Shown: positions 53,766 through 64,000, numbered from the stretch's first letter. The stretch is 64,000 nucleotides of DNA from an uncultured Actinomycetes bacterium (GCA_963759365.1 CAVWYX010000007.1:29422-93421), one strand, 5' to 3'. Numbers and translations are program-made. The notes: a model not told the origin generated them from the sequence alone.

Positions 53766-54451
53766 GTGCGGTGTCCCCAGGTGACGATCCCGCCGCCGAG
53801 GCTGAGCCGCTCCGCACGGACGTCGCCGACCCCGGCCTGTCTCCACAGGTCCAGCAGCTTCGCCTCGGGCCAGCGCGCGTAGAACGCGCGGATGCTCGGG
53901 CCGAGAAAGCTTCCGACCGTTCCCCAGGCCGGCGAGATCACGCGGCCCGCGAGCGGCAGCCCGACGCGGACGTAGAGCTCCCACCACGGACGCCAGAACC
54001 CCTTTGGGATCCCGAACTCGAGCCCGGCGAGCGTGCCGCCGGGACGGATGACCCGCGCGAGCTCCCGAAGGGCCGCGCCCGGATCGGCGACGTAGCGCAG
54101 GGGGTACGCGAATGTGACGGCGTCGAAGGCGCCGTCGGGGAACGGCACCGACTCCGCATCCCCTTCGACGAGGCGAACCTCCGGAGGCAGGCGGCGCCGG
54201 GCCTCGGCCAGCATCTCCGGGCTCGGGTCGAGGCCGACAACAGTGCACCCCTTCTGCCTGAGCAGCTCGAGCGCGACCGCGCCGGTGCCGGTCGCGACGT
54301 CGAGGACGGTGTCGCGGGGGCCGACGTCGACGCGGGAGACGAGCGTTCGTCGCCAGCGCGGATCCTGGCCCAGGGAAAGGAGCGCGGCGTACCGGTCGTA
54401 CGTCGGCCCGAGCGGTGCGAAGAGCGTCCGCGCGACGGCGGTCTCTGACAC
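53762..54451 (-). CDS. UbiE/MenG-like class I SAM-dependent methyltransferase
   Basis: 229 aa; VLDVATGTGAVALELL, RPGGTLAGLEF. Confidence 0.8.
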   Translation of the reverse strand: MSETAVARTLFAPLGPTYDRYAALLSLGQDPRWRRTLVSRVDVGPRDTVLDVATGTGAVALELLRQKGCTVVGLDPSPEMLAEARRRLPPEVRLVEGDAESVPFPDGAFDAVTFAYPLRYVADPGAALRELARVIRPGGTLAGLEFGIPKGFWRPWWELYVRVGLPLAGRVISPAWGTVGSFLGPSIRAFYARWPEAKLLDLWRQAGVGDVRAERLSLGGGIVTWGHRT

Positions 54452-54473
54452 GGCGCGAGTTTATTCTTGGTCC

Positions 54474-54896
54474 GTGGCGTTGGCGGACGACGTCCAGCGG
54501 ATCGCCTTGGCGGCGGCAGATTACGCCGGGGACGGCGAGCGAGTGGCCGCAGTGCTCGCGACGGAGCCTGTGTCCGGCAAACGCGTGTATCTCGCGGCGT
54601 TCGAGGGCGAGGACGAGGCGCAGAGCTGGCTCGCGCTCGACGACGAGGGCGCTGCCGTCACCGACCGTAAGCTCGTGCGCGATGCCGCGGCGATTGCGGC
54701 GCTCTGCGAGATCGCCGAGGAGAGCGAGGACGTCGCGGCCGGCGAGGGTCCGCGCCTGGCGTCGCCGTCCTACCTCGACCGGCTCGGCGCCGCGAAGCAG
54801 AACGGGGACGTCGTCGGCGCGCTCCAGGGCGCTCTTCCCGCGGTCGAGGAGTTGACGCGCGACGTCGAGGGCAACTACAAGCTCGAGCTCAGCTGA
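54474..54896 (+). CDS. hypothetical acidic protein
   Basis: GTG 54474, 140 aa; no motif recognised. Confidence 0.45.
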   Translation: MALADDVQRIALAAADYAGDGERVAAVLATEPVSGKRVYLAAFEGEDEAQSWLALDDEGAAVTDRKLVRDAAAIAALCEIAEESEDVAAGEGPRLASPSYLDRLGAAKQNGDVVGALQGALPAVEELTRDVEGNYKLELS

Positions 54897-55516
54897 TGGA
54901 CGAGACGCCGGCCATCCGCGCCTCCGATCCCGAGCGGGAGCAGACGGTCACGCGCCTGCGAGAGGCGGCCGCCGAGGGACGCTTGACGCTCGAAGAGTTC
55001 GCGCAGCGCGCCGATCGCGCGTACGCGGCGAAGACGAACGAGGACCTCGCGGAGCTGACGAGCGACCTTCCGGTAACAGCCGCCGGCGCCGAGCCGCCCG
55101 CGCCGACGCGCAGGGCGCGGCGACTCACGCTGTCGATCTTCGGCGGCATCGATCGCAAGGGACGCTGGCGGTCCGCGAAGACGCACTGGGTGATCTCGAT
55201 CTTCGGCGGGTCGGACCTCGACTTCCGCGACGCGTCGATCGACGGCGCGAAGGCGAGTGTCTTCGTCTTCGACATGTTCGGCGGGGCGGATCTGTACGTC
55301 CCCGAGGGCGTCGACGTCGATTTCAGCGGCTTCGGGATCTTCGGCGGCTCGGATGACCACGGGCGGGATCTGCCGCCGCGGCCGGGGGCGCCGTCCCTCC
55401 GCGTCCGGGCCTTCTCACTCTTCGGCGGGACGGACGTCTGGCGAATTCCGCTGGACGCGAAGGGAAAGCGGAAGGAGCTCCGCCAGGCGGCACGCGACGC
55501 CGAGTACGGGCGCTAG
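54896..55516 (+). CDS. DUF1707 domain protein with LiaF-like C-terminal repeats
   Basis: IRASDPEREQTVTRLREAAAEGRLTLEEFAQRADRAYAAKTNEDLAELTSDLP; repeated IFGG.D segments. Confidence 0.7.
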   Translation: MDETPAIRASDPEREQTVTRLREAAAEGRLTLEEFAQRADRAYAAKTNEDLAELTSDLPVTAAGAEPPAPTRRARRLTLSIFGGIDRKGRWRSAKTHWVISIFGGSDLDFRDASIDGAKASVFVFDMFGGADLYVPEGVDVDFSGFGIFGGSDDHGRDLPPRPGAPSLRVRAFSLFGGTDVWRIPLDAKGKRKELRQAARDAEYGR

Positions 55517-55603
55517 AGACTCCCTCGCGCGCGTTGGTCCGAGGCTGAGTCGAACTCCATCAGCAGCCAACGGTGCGGGTGCTCGTCGTCAGCCTCTCGC
55601 TCC

Positions 55604-56063
55604 TCACCGGACGAAAGCCGGCGCGCCTCCAACTGCGTACGGCGCTCTCGTTCCGGAGTTCGGGATCGACGGTGACACGTGTCCGTCCTGCCTCGCGCAG
55701 CAGATTTCGAGCGAGAGTCCGAGCAGCGTCGGGCACCTAACCCTCGACCGCGGGCTGTTGCGGATCAAGAACATGTCGAGGCCGGTCACGTCCGCCGTTT
55801 CGGCCAAACCACGCTTGTAGGTAGCCGACGGGCTCGCCGTCTGCCTCGACGATGTAGGCGTCGACCTGCGGGCGCGCGAGCCGGGCGACTATCTGCTCCC
55901 GCGAGTAGGTCTTCCCGCCCCAGTAGCGCGCAACCTCCGGATGGGCGTGCCAGCGAACGAGGAGGTCGACATCGGCTCCGGTGGCGGGGCGCACGACAGT
56001 GATTCGTCCCTGAAGCGGAGCACCAGGCACGCGGGAGCTGAGTCGCTTGACTCCCTGACTCAT
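55604..56063 (-). pseudogene. GNAT (AAC(6')-like) acetyltransferase spread over several frames
   Basis: ITVVRPATGADVDLLVRWHAHPEVARYWGGKTYS...IVEADGEPVGYLQAWF, then GLDMFLI and C-terminal pieces in other frames. Confidence 0.45.
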
Positions 56064-56074
56064 TCCAGTGCTCT

Positions 56075-56760
56075 GGCTTGAGCGCGCGCAGGTGCAGGAA
56101 CTCGGCAGGCGCTGCCAGCGGCGGCTTCGGGGGCGGGTGATCGCATGCTCCGGCGCTGCGGGCTCGCGCAAGCGTTCGATCAGCAGGCCGGCGTCGTTGA
56201 TCGCGTCCGTGTACGCGTGCAGCGGCCGATGGGCGCTGACGAAGGTCATTTCGAGTCCGTCACGGACAGGATTGTCTTCATAGAACGACTCGTCAAGGTA
56301 TGAGCCAGTGATGACGAAGGGCTGTCGGCTTCGATCCCCTTGAACTCGCCCGCGGAGTTGAGTGGTGCACGACCGCTACACAGAAGCGGCCGCCGGGCTC
56401 GAGGACGCGGCCGGCGCTGGCGAACCGCTCCGTCGAGATCCTGTACGTCCTGAAGCGACATGAAGGCGACGACGCAGTCGAAGGCAGAATCCGAAAACGG
56501 TAGTGCTGCTGCGTCTGCGAGCTGCACGTCGATCTGCGGGTCGGCTTCTCGTGCAGCGGCGATCATGGTCGGCGAGGCGTCCACTCCGACAATGTCGTGA
56601 CCGAGCGCCTTCAGGTCGCGCGATAGGCGGCCCTCCCCGCAGCCCAAGTCGAGTGTCCTTCGACCTGGCGCTGGTGCAAGCCCGAGGAAGCAGATCGCGA
56701 TCGGAACTGCCAGTAGCTGTCGTCGCTACGGCATTTCGGCGACGATCAGGCAACGATTGC
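56075..56760 (-). pseudogene. type-11 SAM methyltransferase spread over several frames
   Basis: GCGEGRLSRDLKALGHDIVGVDASPTMIAAAREADPQIDVQLADAAALPFSDSAFDCVVAFMSLQDV, with the C-terminal HRPLHAYTDAINDAGLLIERLREP in another frame. Confidence 0.4.
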
Positions 56761-56872
56761 TGTCATGTGCTAGCCACCCAAAAAGTGCACGCCACGGTCA
56801 GCGGAGCATCGGTCGGTCCCGTGGTCCCGGTTAGCCGGGACAATACCGTGGCAATAGCCGACCAGATAGAGG

Positions 56873-57256
56873 ATGGCTAGTCCGGAGATTATTCTCCGTC
56901 CTAGGGCCTCAGATCGCACACTCGACCACGACCCTCGCCTCTTCCCTATGCTTGATCACATGGAAGGCGGTGGATTCGGCTTTCCCCTCGGCGGAGATCC
57001 GGAGGATCTTCTCCGCGGCCTGCGCGAGTTTGCGGAGCAACAGGCGGAGTCGGTGCAGGAGGCACAGCGCGAGCAGTTCGCGACGCTGACGCTCAACACG
57101 GCGGTCGAGCTCACTGGCGCCGCCCTGTCCCAGCTGCAGCCGACCGGTAGCCCGGACGAGCAGGCGCTGGCGCTCCGCGATTCGATGCGGGTGCTGTTCC
57201 CTGAGGCGGTGGCGCTCGTCAGCGCCGCGCGTCAGGGCTTCATGCGCGAGGGGTAG
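56873..57256 (+). CDS. hypothetical protein
   Basis: 127 aa ORF; start uncertain (an internal ATG is possible). Confidence 0.35.
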   Translation: MASPEIILRPRASDRTLDHDPRLFPMLDHMEGGGFGFPLGGDPEDLLRGLREFAEQQAESVQEAQREQFATLTLNTAVELTGAALSQLQPTGSPDEQALALRDSMRVLFPEAVALVSAARQGFMREG

Positions 57257-57303
57257 TTCGGTGGAGCTGACGCGGTCGGATCCGCGAGTGGCGGATCGAC
57301 CGC

Positions 57304-57888
57304 ATGACCGACCGCATCGCCCGCCGGCCGCACGGGCGTAAGGCGCGTGCCGTTTACGGCGCGGACGACGCTCACTCGTTTGCGTGGGAGCCGGTGCTCG
57401 GTGCGTTGCAGCTCACGCCCGACGATGTACTGCTCGACGTCGGTTGTGGCGGCGGGGTGTTTCTTCGGCGGGCGCTCGACACTGGTTGCCGTGCCATGGG
57501 TGTCGATCACAGCGGGGAGATGGTGCGGCTGGCGAGGAGCACGATCGCCGGTCGTGCGCAGATCGTGCAGGGCGATGCTGCTCAACTGCCGTTTGGCGTC
57601 GGTGAGTTCACTGCGATCTCGTCGATCGTCGCGTTCTTCTTCTTTCCGGATCCCGTTGGGGCGTTGCGCGAGTTCCGGCGGGTGCTCGACCGCGAGAGCG
57701 GGCGCATTGCGGTGTACACCACGGCGCCGGAGATGAAGGGGACGCCGGCTGCGCCGTATCCGCTCGCGACGCGTGGGCACTTCTACGAGGACACGGAGCT
57801 CGAAAGCTCGCAGCGCGATGCGGGCTTTGCGTCGTCGAGCGTCACGCGCCCAGACGAGGGAGCGCAGCTGCTCGTCGCGCGCGGCTGA
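57304..57888 (+). CDS. class I SAM-dependent methyltransferase
   Basis: 194 aa; VLLDVGCGGGVFLRRAL. Confidence 0.8.
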   Translation: MTDRIARRPHGRKARAVYGADDAHSFAWEPVLGALQLTPDDVLLDVGCGGGVFLRRALDTGCRAMGVDHSGEMVRLARSTIAGRAQIVQGDAAQLPFGVGEFTAISSIVAFFFFPDPVGALREFRRVLDRESGRIAVYTTAPEMKGTPAAPYPLATRGHFYEDTELESSQRDAGFASSSVTRPDEGAQLLVARG

Positions 57889-57918
57889 CTCGTGGGCACG
57901 ACGTAGAATCGCGGCCCC

Positions 57919-58848
57919 TTGGCGATCTTCGACCGCGCGATCGTCCGTTTGCTGCCTGCCGTGCCGCGGCCGGTGGTGCACAAGCTGTCGGAGCGCTACA
58001 TCGCCGGGCCGGAGTTGAAGGACGCGCGCGAGACCGTCCGGCGCGTCAATGCCGACGGGAAGATGGCGACGATCGACGTCCTCGGCGAGGAGATCACAGA
58101 CGAGGAAGACGCGGCGGCGATCGTCGACGCCTACGAGGACGTCTTCGCGGACATCGGGCGCGCCGGCCTCGACTCGAACGTGAGCGTGAAGCTGACGGCG
58201 CTCGGGCTGAAGCTGGGTCACGACATCTGCGCTGCGAATCTCCGGAGCGTGGTCGAGGACGCGGCGTCGCGCGGCAACTTCGTGCGCATCGACATGGAGG
58301 ACTCGTCGACGACGGACGAGACGCTCCGGCTCTACCGCGAGCTGCGCGAAGAGGGGCACGACAACGTCGGCATCGTCCTGCAGGCGACGCTGCGTCGGAC
58401 GCTCGGTGATGTCCGCGCACTTGCCGACCTGAAGCCGAGCGTCCGCTTGTGCAAGGGGATCTATCTCGAGCCGCCGGCGATCGCGTATCAGGACTTCGAG
58501 GCGGTGCGGGCGTCGTACGTGACGGCGTTGCAGGCGTTGCTCGACGCGGGTTGTTACGTCGGGATCGCGACGCACGACGAGTGGCTGTTGCAGGAGGGAA
58601 GGCGCCTTGTCGCCGAGCACGGCCTCGGTCGCGACGAGTACGAGTTCCAGATGCTGCTCGGCGTGACGCCGGGGCTCGGAGACGAGCTCGTGCGCGAAGG
58701 ACGCCGTCTGCGGATCTACGTCCCGTTCGGCCGGCGCTGGTACGAGTACTCGCTGCGGCGGCTGCAGGAGAACCCGAAGATCGCCGGCTACATCGCGGGG
58801 GACACGCTCGGCCGGCTCGTCGGCCGCCGCAACGGTGCTGTGGTCTAG
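57919..58848 (+). CDS. proline dehydrogenase
   Basis: 309 aa; ATIDVLGEEITDEE...NVSVKLTALGL...FVRIDMEDS...RLCKGIY...FQMLLGV...YVPFG. Confidence 0.85.
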   Translation: MAIFDRAIVRLLPAVPRPVVHKLSERYIAGPELKDARETVRRVNADGKMATIDVLGEEITDEEDAAAIVDAYEDVFADIGRAGLDSNVSVKLTALGLKLGHDICAANLRSVVEDAASRGNFVRIDMEDSSTTDETLRLYRELREEGHDNVGIVLQATLRRTLGDVRALADLKPSVRLCKGIYLEPPAIAYQDFEAVRASYVTALQALLDAGCYVGIATHDEWLLQEGRRLVAEHGLGRDEYEFQMLLGVTPGLGDELVREGRRLRIYVPFGRRWYEYSLRRLQENPKIAGYIAGDTLGRLVGRRNGAVV

Positions 58849-59857
58849 GGCCGAGGGCTGTCGCGTCTGGGACGCGGAGGGGCGCGAGTACATCGACCTG
58901 ACCGGCGGCTTCGGCGTCGCCGTCCTCGGTCATCGGAGCCCGGCGATCGTGGAGGCGATCGCGACGGCGCCGGTCGTGCATGCGCTCGGAGACCTCGCCG
59001 AGGCGGAGGTGACGCAGCGGCTACGAGAGGCCTTGCCGTGGCCCGCGAAGCTCGGCGTTACCGGCGAGGACGCAGTGGAGATCGCGCTGCGGACCGGGCT
59101 GCTCGCTACGGGCCGGAGCGGCATCGTTGCCTTCGACGGTGCGTACCACGGGACCGGGTTGCTCGCTCTGGCCGCTACGGGGCTCGAGCGGTTTCGCGAG
59201 CCGTTCGCTGCGTGGTTGCCCGGGCCCGTGCACCGGCGCGCGTACGGTGAGGATCCCGGACCGCTGCCCGAGGACGCGGGTGTCGTCATCGTCGAGCCGG
59301 TGCAGGGACGCGTCGGCGCGCGTGTTCCTCCGGATGACTTTCTGCCGACGTTGCGGCGGCGGTGTGACGAGGTGGGGGCCGTGCTCGTGGTGGATGCGGT
59401 GTTCACCGGCATCGGCCGGATCGGGGAGCTGTGGCCGGGGTCTGACGTCGCGGACGTCCTCTGCGTCGGCAAGGCGCTCGGCGGCGGGTTGCCGCTGTCT
59501 GCGGCGCTCTTCGTACGGCGGGAGCTGGAGGACGTTTGGGATCTGGGTCTGGAGGACGTCTACACGCACACGCATTCGGGCAACCCGCTCGCGTGTGCGG
59601 CGGCGCTCGTCGTGCTCGACGAGGTGCCGCGGCTGCTGCCACGCGTCGGCGAGCTGTCGGACCGCTTCGAAGCGGCCGGCTGGCGTGGGCGGGGGCTGCT
59701 GCGTGTGCGGTCGGGGGACCCGGCGCGTGCAGAGGAGAACGGCGTGCTGGTGATTCCGATCCCGGCGGCCGAGGGTCGCGAGGCGTTGATCCAGGCGGCG
59801 CCGCCGCTCACGATCTCCGACGCGGAGCTCGACGAGGCCCTCGAGCGGTTGGCCTAG
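58835..59857 (+). CDS. class III (acetylornithine/GABA-type) aminotransferase
   Basis: 340 aa; VWDAEGREYIDLTGGFGVAVLGHRSP...VIVEPVQGRVG...LVVDAVFTGIGRIGELW...VGKALGGGLP. Confidence 0.8.
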   Translation: MLWSRAEGCRVWDAEGREYIDLTGGFGVAVLGHRSPAIVEAIATAPVVHALGDLAEAEVTQRLREALPWPAKLGVTGEDAVEIALRTGLLATGRSGIVAFDGAYHGTGLLALAATGLERFREPFAAWLPGPVHRRAYGEDPGPLPEDAGVVIVEPVQGRVGARVPPDDFLPTLRRRCDEVGAVLVVDAVFTGIGRIGELWPGSDVADVLCVGKALGGGLPLSAALFVRRELEDVWDLGLEDVYTHTHSGNPLACAAALVVLDEVPRLLPRVGELSDRFEAAGWRGRGLLRVRSGDPARAEENGVLVIPIPAAEGREALIQAAPPLTISDAELDEALERLA

Positions 59858-59872
59858 AGCCGCACCGACGCT

Positions 59873-60511
59873 TCAGGCTTTGCGTGCGTAGAGCAGGAAG
59901 GTGCCCGGAACACGCTCGTCGTGATGGCGGAAGCCTCCGTGGCGCGCCGGATATTCCTCGAGGGCGCGCAGCCCGAGGCCTGCTCGCGTGGCGGCGTTGA
60001 CGATCTGACCGAGGCGCTTCAAGCCGACGTCGAAGTAGCTCTCCCGCCAGTGCATGAGGCCGTCCACGCACAACGCGACGGGGTGCTCTTCGAAGAGAAG
60101 GAGCTCTCCCGACGACCGCAGGGCGGCGACGACCTCGCGCATCCACGTGTCCAGGTCGTTGATCTGCAGGATCGAGCCGGGGCCGGCGTAGACGAGGTCG
60201 AAGCGTGCGCGGCGCAGCTCTGCGGGCAGCTGCTCCGGGTCGGCCTGGACCCAGAGGATCGACGGCCAGCGCTCGCGTGCGGCCTCGAGCGCCCCTCCCG
60301 AAGAGTCGACGCCGGTAACGACGGCGCCGAGCTCCGCGAGCTCGGCGGCCGACTCTCCAGTGCCGCAGTGGACGTTGAGGACGCGTTTCTTACTGAGGTC
60401 TGCGAGGGCATGCCGCACCGGCGACGGAAGGCCGCGCTGGCCGGCGAGCGCCTCGGCCCGCTGCCGGTGGATCTCGTCCCAGGCGCGGCGGTTGTGCTCG
60501 GTGGGCTCCAT
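59873..60511 (-). CDS. class I SAM-dependent methyltransferase
   Basis: 212 aa from MEPTEHNRRAWDE; VLNVHCGTGESAAELAELG. Confidence 0.75.
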   Translation of the reverse strand: MEPTEHNRRAWDEIHRQRAEALAGQRGLPSPVRHALADLSKKRVLNVHCGTGESAAELAELGAVVTGVDSSGGALEAARERWPSILWVQADPEQLPAELRRARFDLVYAGPGSILQINDLDTWMREVVAALRSSGELLLFEEHPVALCVDGLMHWRESYFDVGLKRLGQIVNAATRAGLGLRALEEYPARHGGFRHHDERVPGTFLLYARKA

Positions 60512-61248
60512 CAGGCGAGGAGCGAGTAGCCGCCGTCGACGACGAGCGTGTGTCCGCAGACCATGTCGGCGTCGGGCGAGCACAGGTATGCGACGGCTCC
60601 GGCGACGTCGTCGGGCTCGACCATGCGCCCGGCGGGGGTGCGTGTGTTGGCGGCGCGGAGCATGTCCTCGCGGTTCGGGAAGTGCTCGAGGGCTTCGGTC
60701 TCGACGACACCGGCCGAGACGGCGTTGACGCGGATCCCGCGTGGCGCGAGCTCGACGGCGAGGTAGCGCACGACGGACTCGAGTGCCGCCTTCGAGGTGC
60801 CGACGAGCACGTAGTTGTCGAGGACGCGCGCCGAGCCGAGTGAGGACAGGGCGACGATCGAAGAGCCGCTCTCCATTGTCGGCGTGCATGCGCGCGCGAG
60901 TGACAGAAGGGAGCGCGCGTTCGCGTTCAGCGTCCAGTCCCAGTGCTTGTCCTCGGTCTCGAGCGTCGGCCTGATCACGCCGGTGGCGGCGTTGTGGACG
61001 ATCGCGGCGTACGGACCGTGCGACGCCATCTCTTCGACCACTCGATCGGAGGCGATGTTGCCGCGTACGAGCGTCGGCTCGGTGCCGGCGCTGCGCAGCT
61101 CGTCAGCCGCGGCTTCGGCGGCGGAGTCGTTCCGGAGGTACCCGACCGTGACGTGCTTCGCGCCGTCGGCGGCGAAGCGGAGCGCAATCGCCTTGCCGAT
61201 GCCGCGCGTCCCGCCCGTCACGAGGACCGAGCGGCCCTCGACGCTCAT
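60511..61248 (-). CDS. SDR family oxidoreductase (FabL/FabG-like)
   Basis: 245 aa; VLVTGGTRGIGKAIAL, YVLVGTSKAALES. Confidence 0.85.
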   Translation of the reverse strand: MSVEGRSVLVTGGTRGIGKAIALRFAADGAKHVTVGYLRNDSAAEAAADELRSAGTEPTLVRGNIASDRVVEEMASHGPYAAIVHNAATGVIRPTLETEDKHWDWTLNANARSLLSLARACTPTMESGSSIVALSSLGSARVLDNYVLVGTSKAALESVVRYLAVELAPRGIRVNAVSAGVVETEALEHFPNREDMLRAANTRTPAGRMVEPDDVAGAVAYLCSPDADMVCGHTLVVDGGYSLLA

Positions 61249-61544
61249 CGCGCGCGGGGGAGCGGGTCGTACGCGGGGGCGGAGCTCGGGATCTCGTCCC
61301 AGCCGGGCCGTGACTTCGGCTCGCGGTCGCCCTCCTCCGCTTTCGAGGATGCGTACCCGAGCCGGTCGAGCAGATCCATCTGCTCGTTGGCGTACTCCTT
61401 GACCGGGTGGCCGGCCGGGAGGTTCATGACGAGCTCCTCGACGCGTGCGCGCAGCTGGTAGGCGAAGTGGGGCGTCGCCGGCCCGACGAGCGCGTCGATG
61501 TGTTCCCTGGTCGGCTCCGGCATCGGCGAAAGCCTAACCCCCAA
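61245..61544 (-). CDS. hypothetical protein
   Basis: 99 aa ORF overlapping the SDR start by 4 nt. Confidence 0.4.
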   Translation of the reverse strand: MGVRLSPMPEPTREHIDALVGPATPHFAYQLRARVEELVMNLPAGHPVKEYANEQMDLLDRLGYASSKAEEGDREPKSRPGWDEIPSSAPAYDPLPRAR

Positions 61545-61718
61545 CCGGTGAGTGGTTGCCGAACCATGTCACGTCGAACCACGTCGCGTTGCGACACGTG
61601 CGTTCCAGACCGTCGGGGTCTGACCCGCGGACACGGCCCCGCCGGACACGAAAACCGTGACGAGTTCGCAACGGTTTTTCCACGGCTGCGGGATCCTGAC
61701 CGATTTACTTCCGCGTTC

Positions 61719-62611
61719 GTGCGCCGTCCGACTGCCGATCTGATGCTGCTCGCGACGGTCAGCCTCTGGGCCTTCAACTTCACCGTCTCGAAGTACATCC
61801 TGGACGAAGGCTTCCATCCGCTGGCGTACTCCTCGATTCGTTACGGGTGTGCGGCCGTGGTCTTCGCGGCGATCACGCTCGCCATTGGAGGGCTCGCTCG
61901 CGATCGGCCGGCGGGAGCTGCCGCTGATCCTCTTCTGCACGACCGTGCTCTTTCTGAACCAGCTGGGCTTCGTCTACGCGCTCAAGTTCACAACCGCGAC
62001 GACGGTGGCGCTGCTGTTCGGGACGCTCCCGATCTTCACCGCGTTGTTCGCCCGCGGCAGCGGCGTCGAGCATCTCAGCCGACGCTTCTGGCTCGCCGCC
62101 GTGGTCTCCTTCGCGGGCGTCGCGCTCGTGGCGCTCGGTTCGGGAGGAGACCTCTCAGCCGACCTCAAGGGCGACGGCCTCGCCATTCTCGGCTCCGTCA
62201 CCTGGGCTGCCTACTCCGTGGCGATCGCCCCCTTGATGCGGCAATACTCGCCGTTCCGGCTCAGCGCTGTGCTCCTACTGGCCGTGACGGTCCCGCTGCT
62301 AGCGGTCGGCTCCCATCAAATCGCAGACCAGAGCTTCGACTTCGGCGCACTCGTCTGGATCGGATTCGCTTTCGCGGTGCTCGGGCCGCTCGTCCTGACG
62401 AACCTCCTTTGGTTCACGGCGATCGACCGAGTCGGGCCGTCGCGCGCCTCGCTGTTCGCGAACCTGCAGCCGTTCCTCGCCGCGATCGTCGCGCTGCTCC
62501 TGCTTTCGGAGAGCATCGGCGCGGTCCAGGCCATCGGTGGTTTCGCGATCGCCGGCGGGATCGTCCTCGCCCCGCCGACGCGAGTCCCCGCCCGAGCCGC
62601 CGGCGGACTAA
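61719..62611 (+). pseudogene. EamA/DMT family transporter, frame breaks near 61890 and 62565
   Basis: LMLLATVSLWAFNFTVSKYIL (61407 frame) continues as LFLNQLGFVYALKFTTATTVALLFGTLPIF...ANLQPFLAAIVALLLLSE (61849 frame). The natural end RRRESPPEPPAD plus stop lies in the third frame. Confidence 0.6.
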
Positions 62612-62623
62612 GCTTCGTTTTCG

Positions 62624-63730
62624 ATGGGGCAGAACGCCGACTTCATGCCGATCGACGGGTGGGATCACCTCGAGCTGTACGTCGGCAACGCGAAGCAGGC
62701 TGCCTTCTTCTACGAGCAGGCGCTCGGCTTTACGCGAACCGCGTACGCCGGCCCAGAGACGGGTGTGCGCGACCGGGCGTCGTATCTCGTCGAGCAGGCT
62801 GACATCCGGCTAGCGCTCACGAGCGGCATTCGTCCGGACAGCGAGATAACGCGGTTCGCGTGCATGCACGGCGACGGTGTCAAGGACACCGCGCTCACCG
62901 TCCCCGACGCGACTGAGGCTTACCGGCAGGCCGTGCAGCGCGGCGCGCGCGGAATCGTCGAGCCCCAGTGGCTCGAGGACGACTTCGGCCGCGTCGAGCG
63001 CGCGACGATCGGCACCTACGGCGAGAACGTCCACACCTTCGTGAACCGGAGCGAGTACGCCGGGCCGTTCCTTCCCGGCTACCAGGCGGTCGTCACGACG
63101 AACGGTCAGCCCGCAACCGGCGTCGGGCTCAAGGCGATCGACCATGTCGTCGGCAACGTCGAGCTCGGCCGGATGAACTACTGGGTCGAGTTCTACGAGC
63201 GCACGATGGGCTTCACGAACATCATCCACTTCGGCGACGAGCAGATCCACACGGAGTACTCGGCGCTGATGTCGAAGGTGATGGCGGACGGCGAGGGGAA
63301 GATCAAGTTCCCGATCAACGAGCCCGCCGAAGGGAAGCGGAAGAGTCAGATCGAGGAGTACCTCGAGTTCTTCGGCGGTCCCGGCGTGCAACACGTCGCA
63401 CTGCAGTCGGAGGACATCGTCCGGACGGTCGAAGCGCTGCAGGAACGCGGCATCGTCTTCCTCTCTACTCCGGATGGCTACTACGAGGACGCGATCGACC
63501 GCGTGGGCGAGATCGGCGAGGACTGGGAGGATCTTCGGAGACTGCGGATCCTCGTCGACCGCGACGAGGACGGATACCTGCTCCAGATCTTCACGAAGAC
63601 CGTCCAGGACCGGCCGACGCTCTTCTTCGAGGTGATCGAGCGCCACGGCGCCCGCGGCTTCGGCGAGGGCAACTTCAAGGCACTCTTCGAGGCGATCGAG
63701 CGCGAGCAGGCGCTTCGCGGCAACCTCTAG
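62624..63730 (+). CDS. hppD: 4-hydroxyphenylpyruvate dioxygenase
   Basis: 368 aa; IDHVVGNVELGRMNYWVEFYERTMGF...GPGVQHVALQSEDI...LLQIFTK...FFEVIERHGARGFGEGNFKALFEAIEREQ. Confidence 0.9.
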   Translation: MGQNADFMPIDGWDHLELYVGNAKQAAFFYEQALGFTRTAYAGPETGVRDRASYLVEQADIRLALTSGIRPDSEITRFACMHGDGVKDTALTVPDATEAYRQAVQRGARGIVEPQWLEDDFGRVERATIGTYGENVHTFVNRSEYAGPFLPGYQAVVTTNGQPATGVGLKAIDHVVGNVELGRMNYWVEFYERTMGFTNIIHFGDEQIHTEYSALMSKVMADGEGKIKFPINEPAEGKRKSQIEEYLEFFGGPGVQHVALQSEDIVRTVEALQERGIVFLSTPDGYYEDAIDRVGEIGEDWEDLRRLRILVDRDEDGYLLQIFTKTVQDRPTLFFEVIERHGARGFGEGNFKALFEAIEREQALRGNL

Positions 63731-63735
63731 CGGGT

Positions 63736-64000
63736 ATGCGAATGCTCGTGGGCGCACGCGATCTCCTGCAGTCGGCCCGGCGTCAGGGCACAACGCTGTC
63801 GGAGGTGTCGCAGAGGCCCTGGTCTCTGCCCGAATCGCCGTGGTTGATCGGGCAGACGCTGGTCGACCAGCTCTTCGTTCACTACCGCTTCCCGGTCGAG
63901 CAGTTGCGTGGGCTCGTGCCCGACGGCGTCGAGGTGCAGGAACACTCGGGCAGCGCCTGGCTCGGCGTGACGCCGTACGCGGTCACAGGTCTTCGCGCGC
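63736..64000 (+). CDS. DUF2071 (YqjF-like) protein, N-terminal part (runs off right edge)
   Basis: ATG 63736; RPWSLPESPWLIGQTLVDQLFVHYRFPVEQLRGLVPDGVEVQEHSGSAWLGVTPY. Confidence 0.55.
   Translation, partial: MRMLVGARDLLQSARRQGTTLSEVSQRPWSLPESPWLIGQTLVDQLFVHYRFPVEQLRGLVPDGVEVQEHSGSAWLGVTPYAVTGLRA

Overview
High-GC (about two-thirds G+C by eye), actinobacterium-like chromosomal window in three parts. (1) 1-10733 holds ordinary core-type genes: adenosine deaminase, a DUF1326/DUF2182 pair, a rhomboid protease, hydrolases and a DUF385 deazaflavin-type oxidoreductase. (2) 10734-43701 is the notable part: a ~33 kb integron-like array of ~37 short gene cassettes. The cassettes are delimited by 38 co-oriented copies or remnants of one conserved junction element, listed as J1-J38. 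I saw no copy in either flank. The full junction is about 105 nt. Its modules are L (CTCGCCTGSGCSAGCGTCCTCTC...), M (AGTCGGGTATTACCGCTACTCAGTAGTT as v1, or AGTCGGGGATAAAGACAACTCTGTAGTT-like as v2), H (GGAGAGAGAACC) and R (CTCGCCTGGGCCAGYGTTCGGGAATGTCACCTGA). Many junctions are R only (~35 nt). The cargo is typical accessory-cassette content: 8 GNAT acetyltransferases, 4 cupins, 3 RibD_C/DHFR-like genes plus 2 fragments, 2 VOC/glyoxalases, 3 alpha/beta hydrolases, methyltransferases, and MFS, TetR, NUDIX, LanC-like and YcaQ/AlkZ-like genes. There are also duplicated cassettes, gene remnants and an empty cassette. No integrase, other recombinase or transposase gene is visible in the window, and the junction is not a canonical attC. 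(3) 43858-64000 is again core-like: a GT4 glycosyltransferase, glycerate kinase, LysR, xseAB, proline dehydrogenase, an aminotransferase, an SDR and HPPD. Caveat: many genes, including housekeeping ones, show single-base frame breaks. Assembly indels are therefore likely, and pseudogene calls are provisional. All family assignments come from recalled motifs; no search was run.
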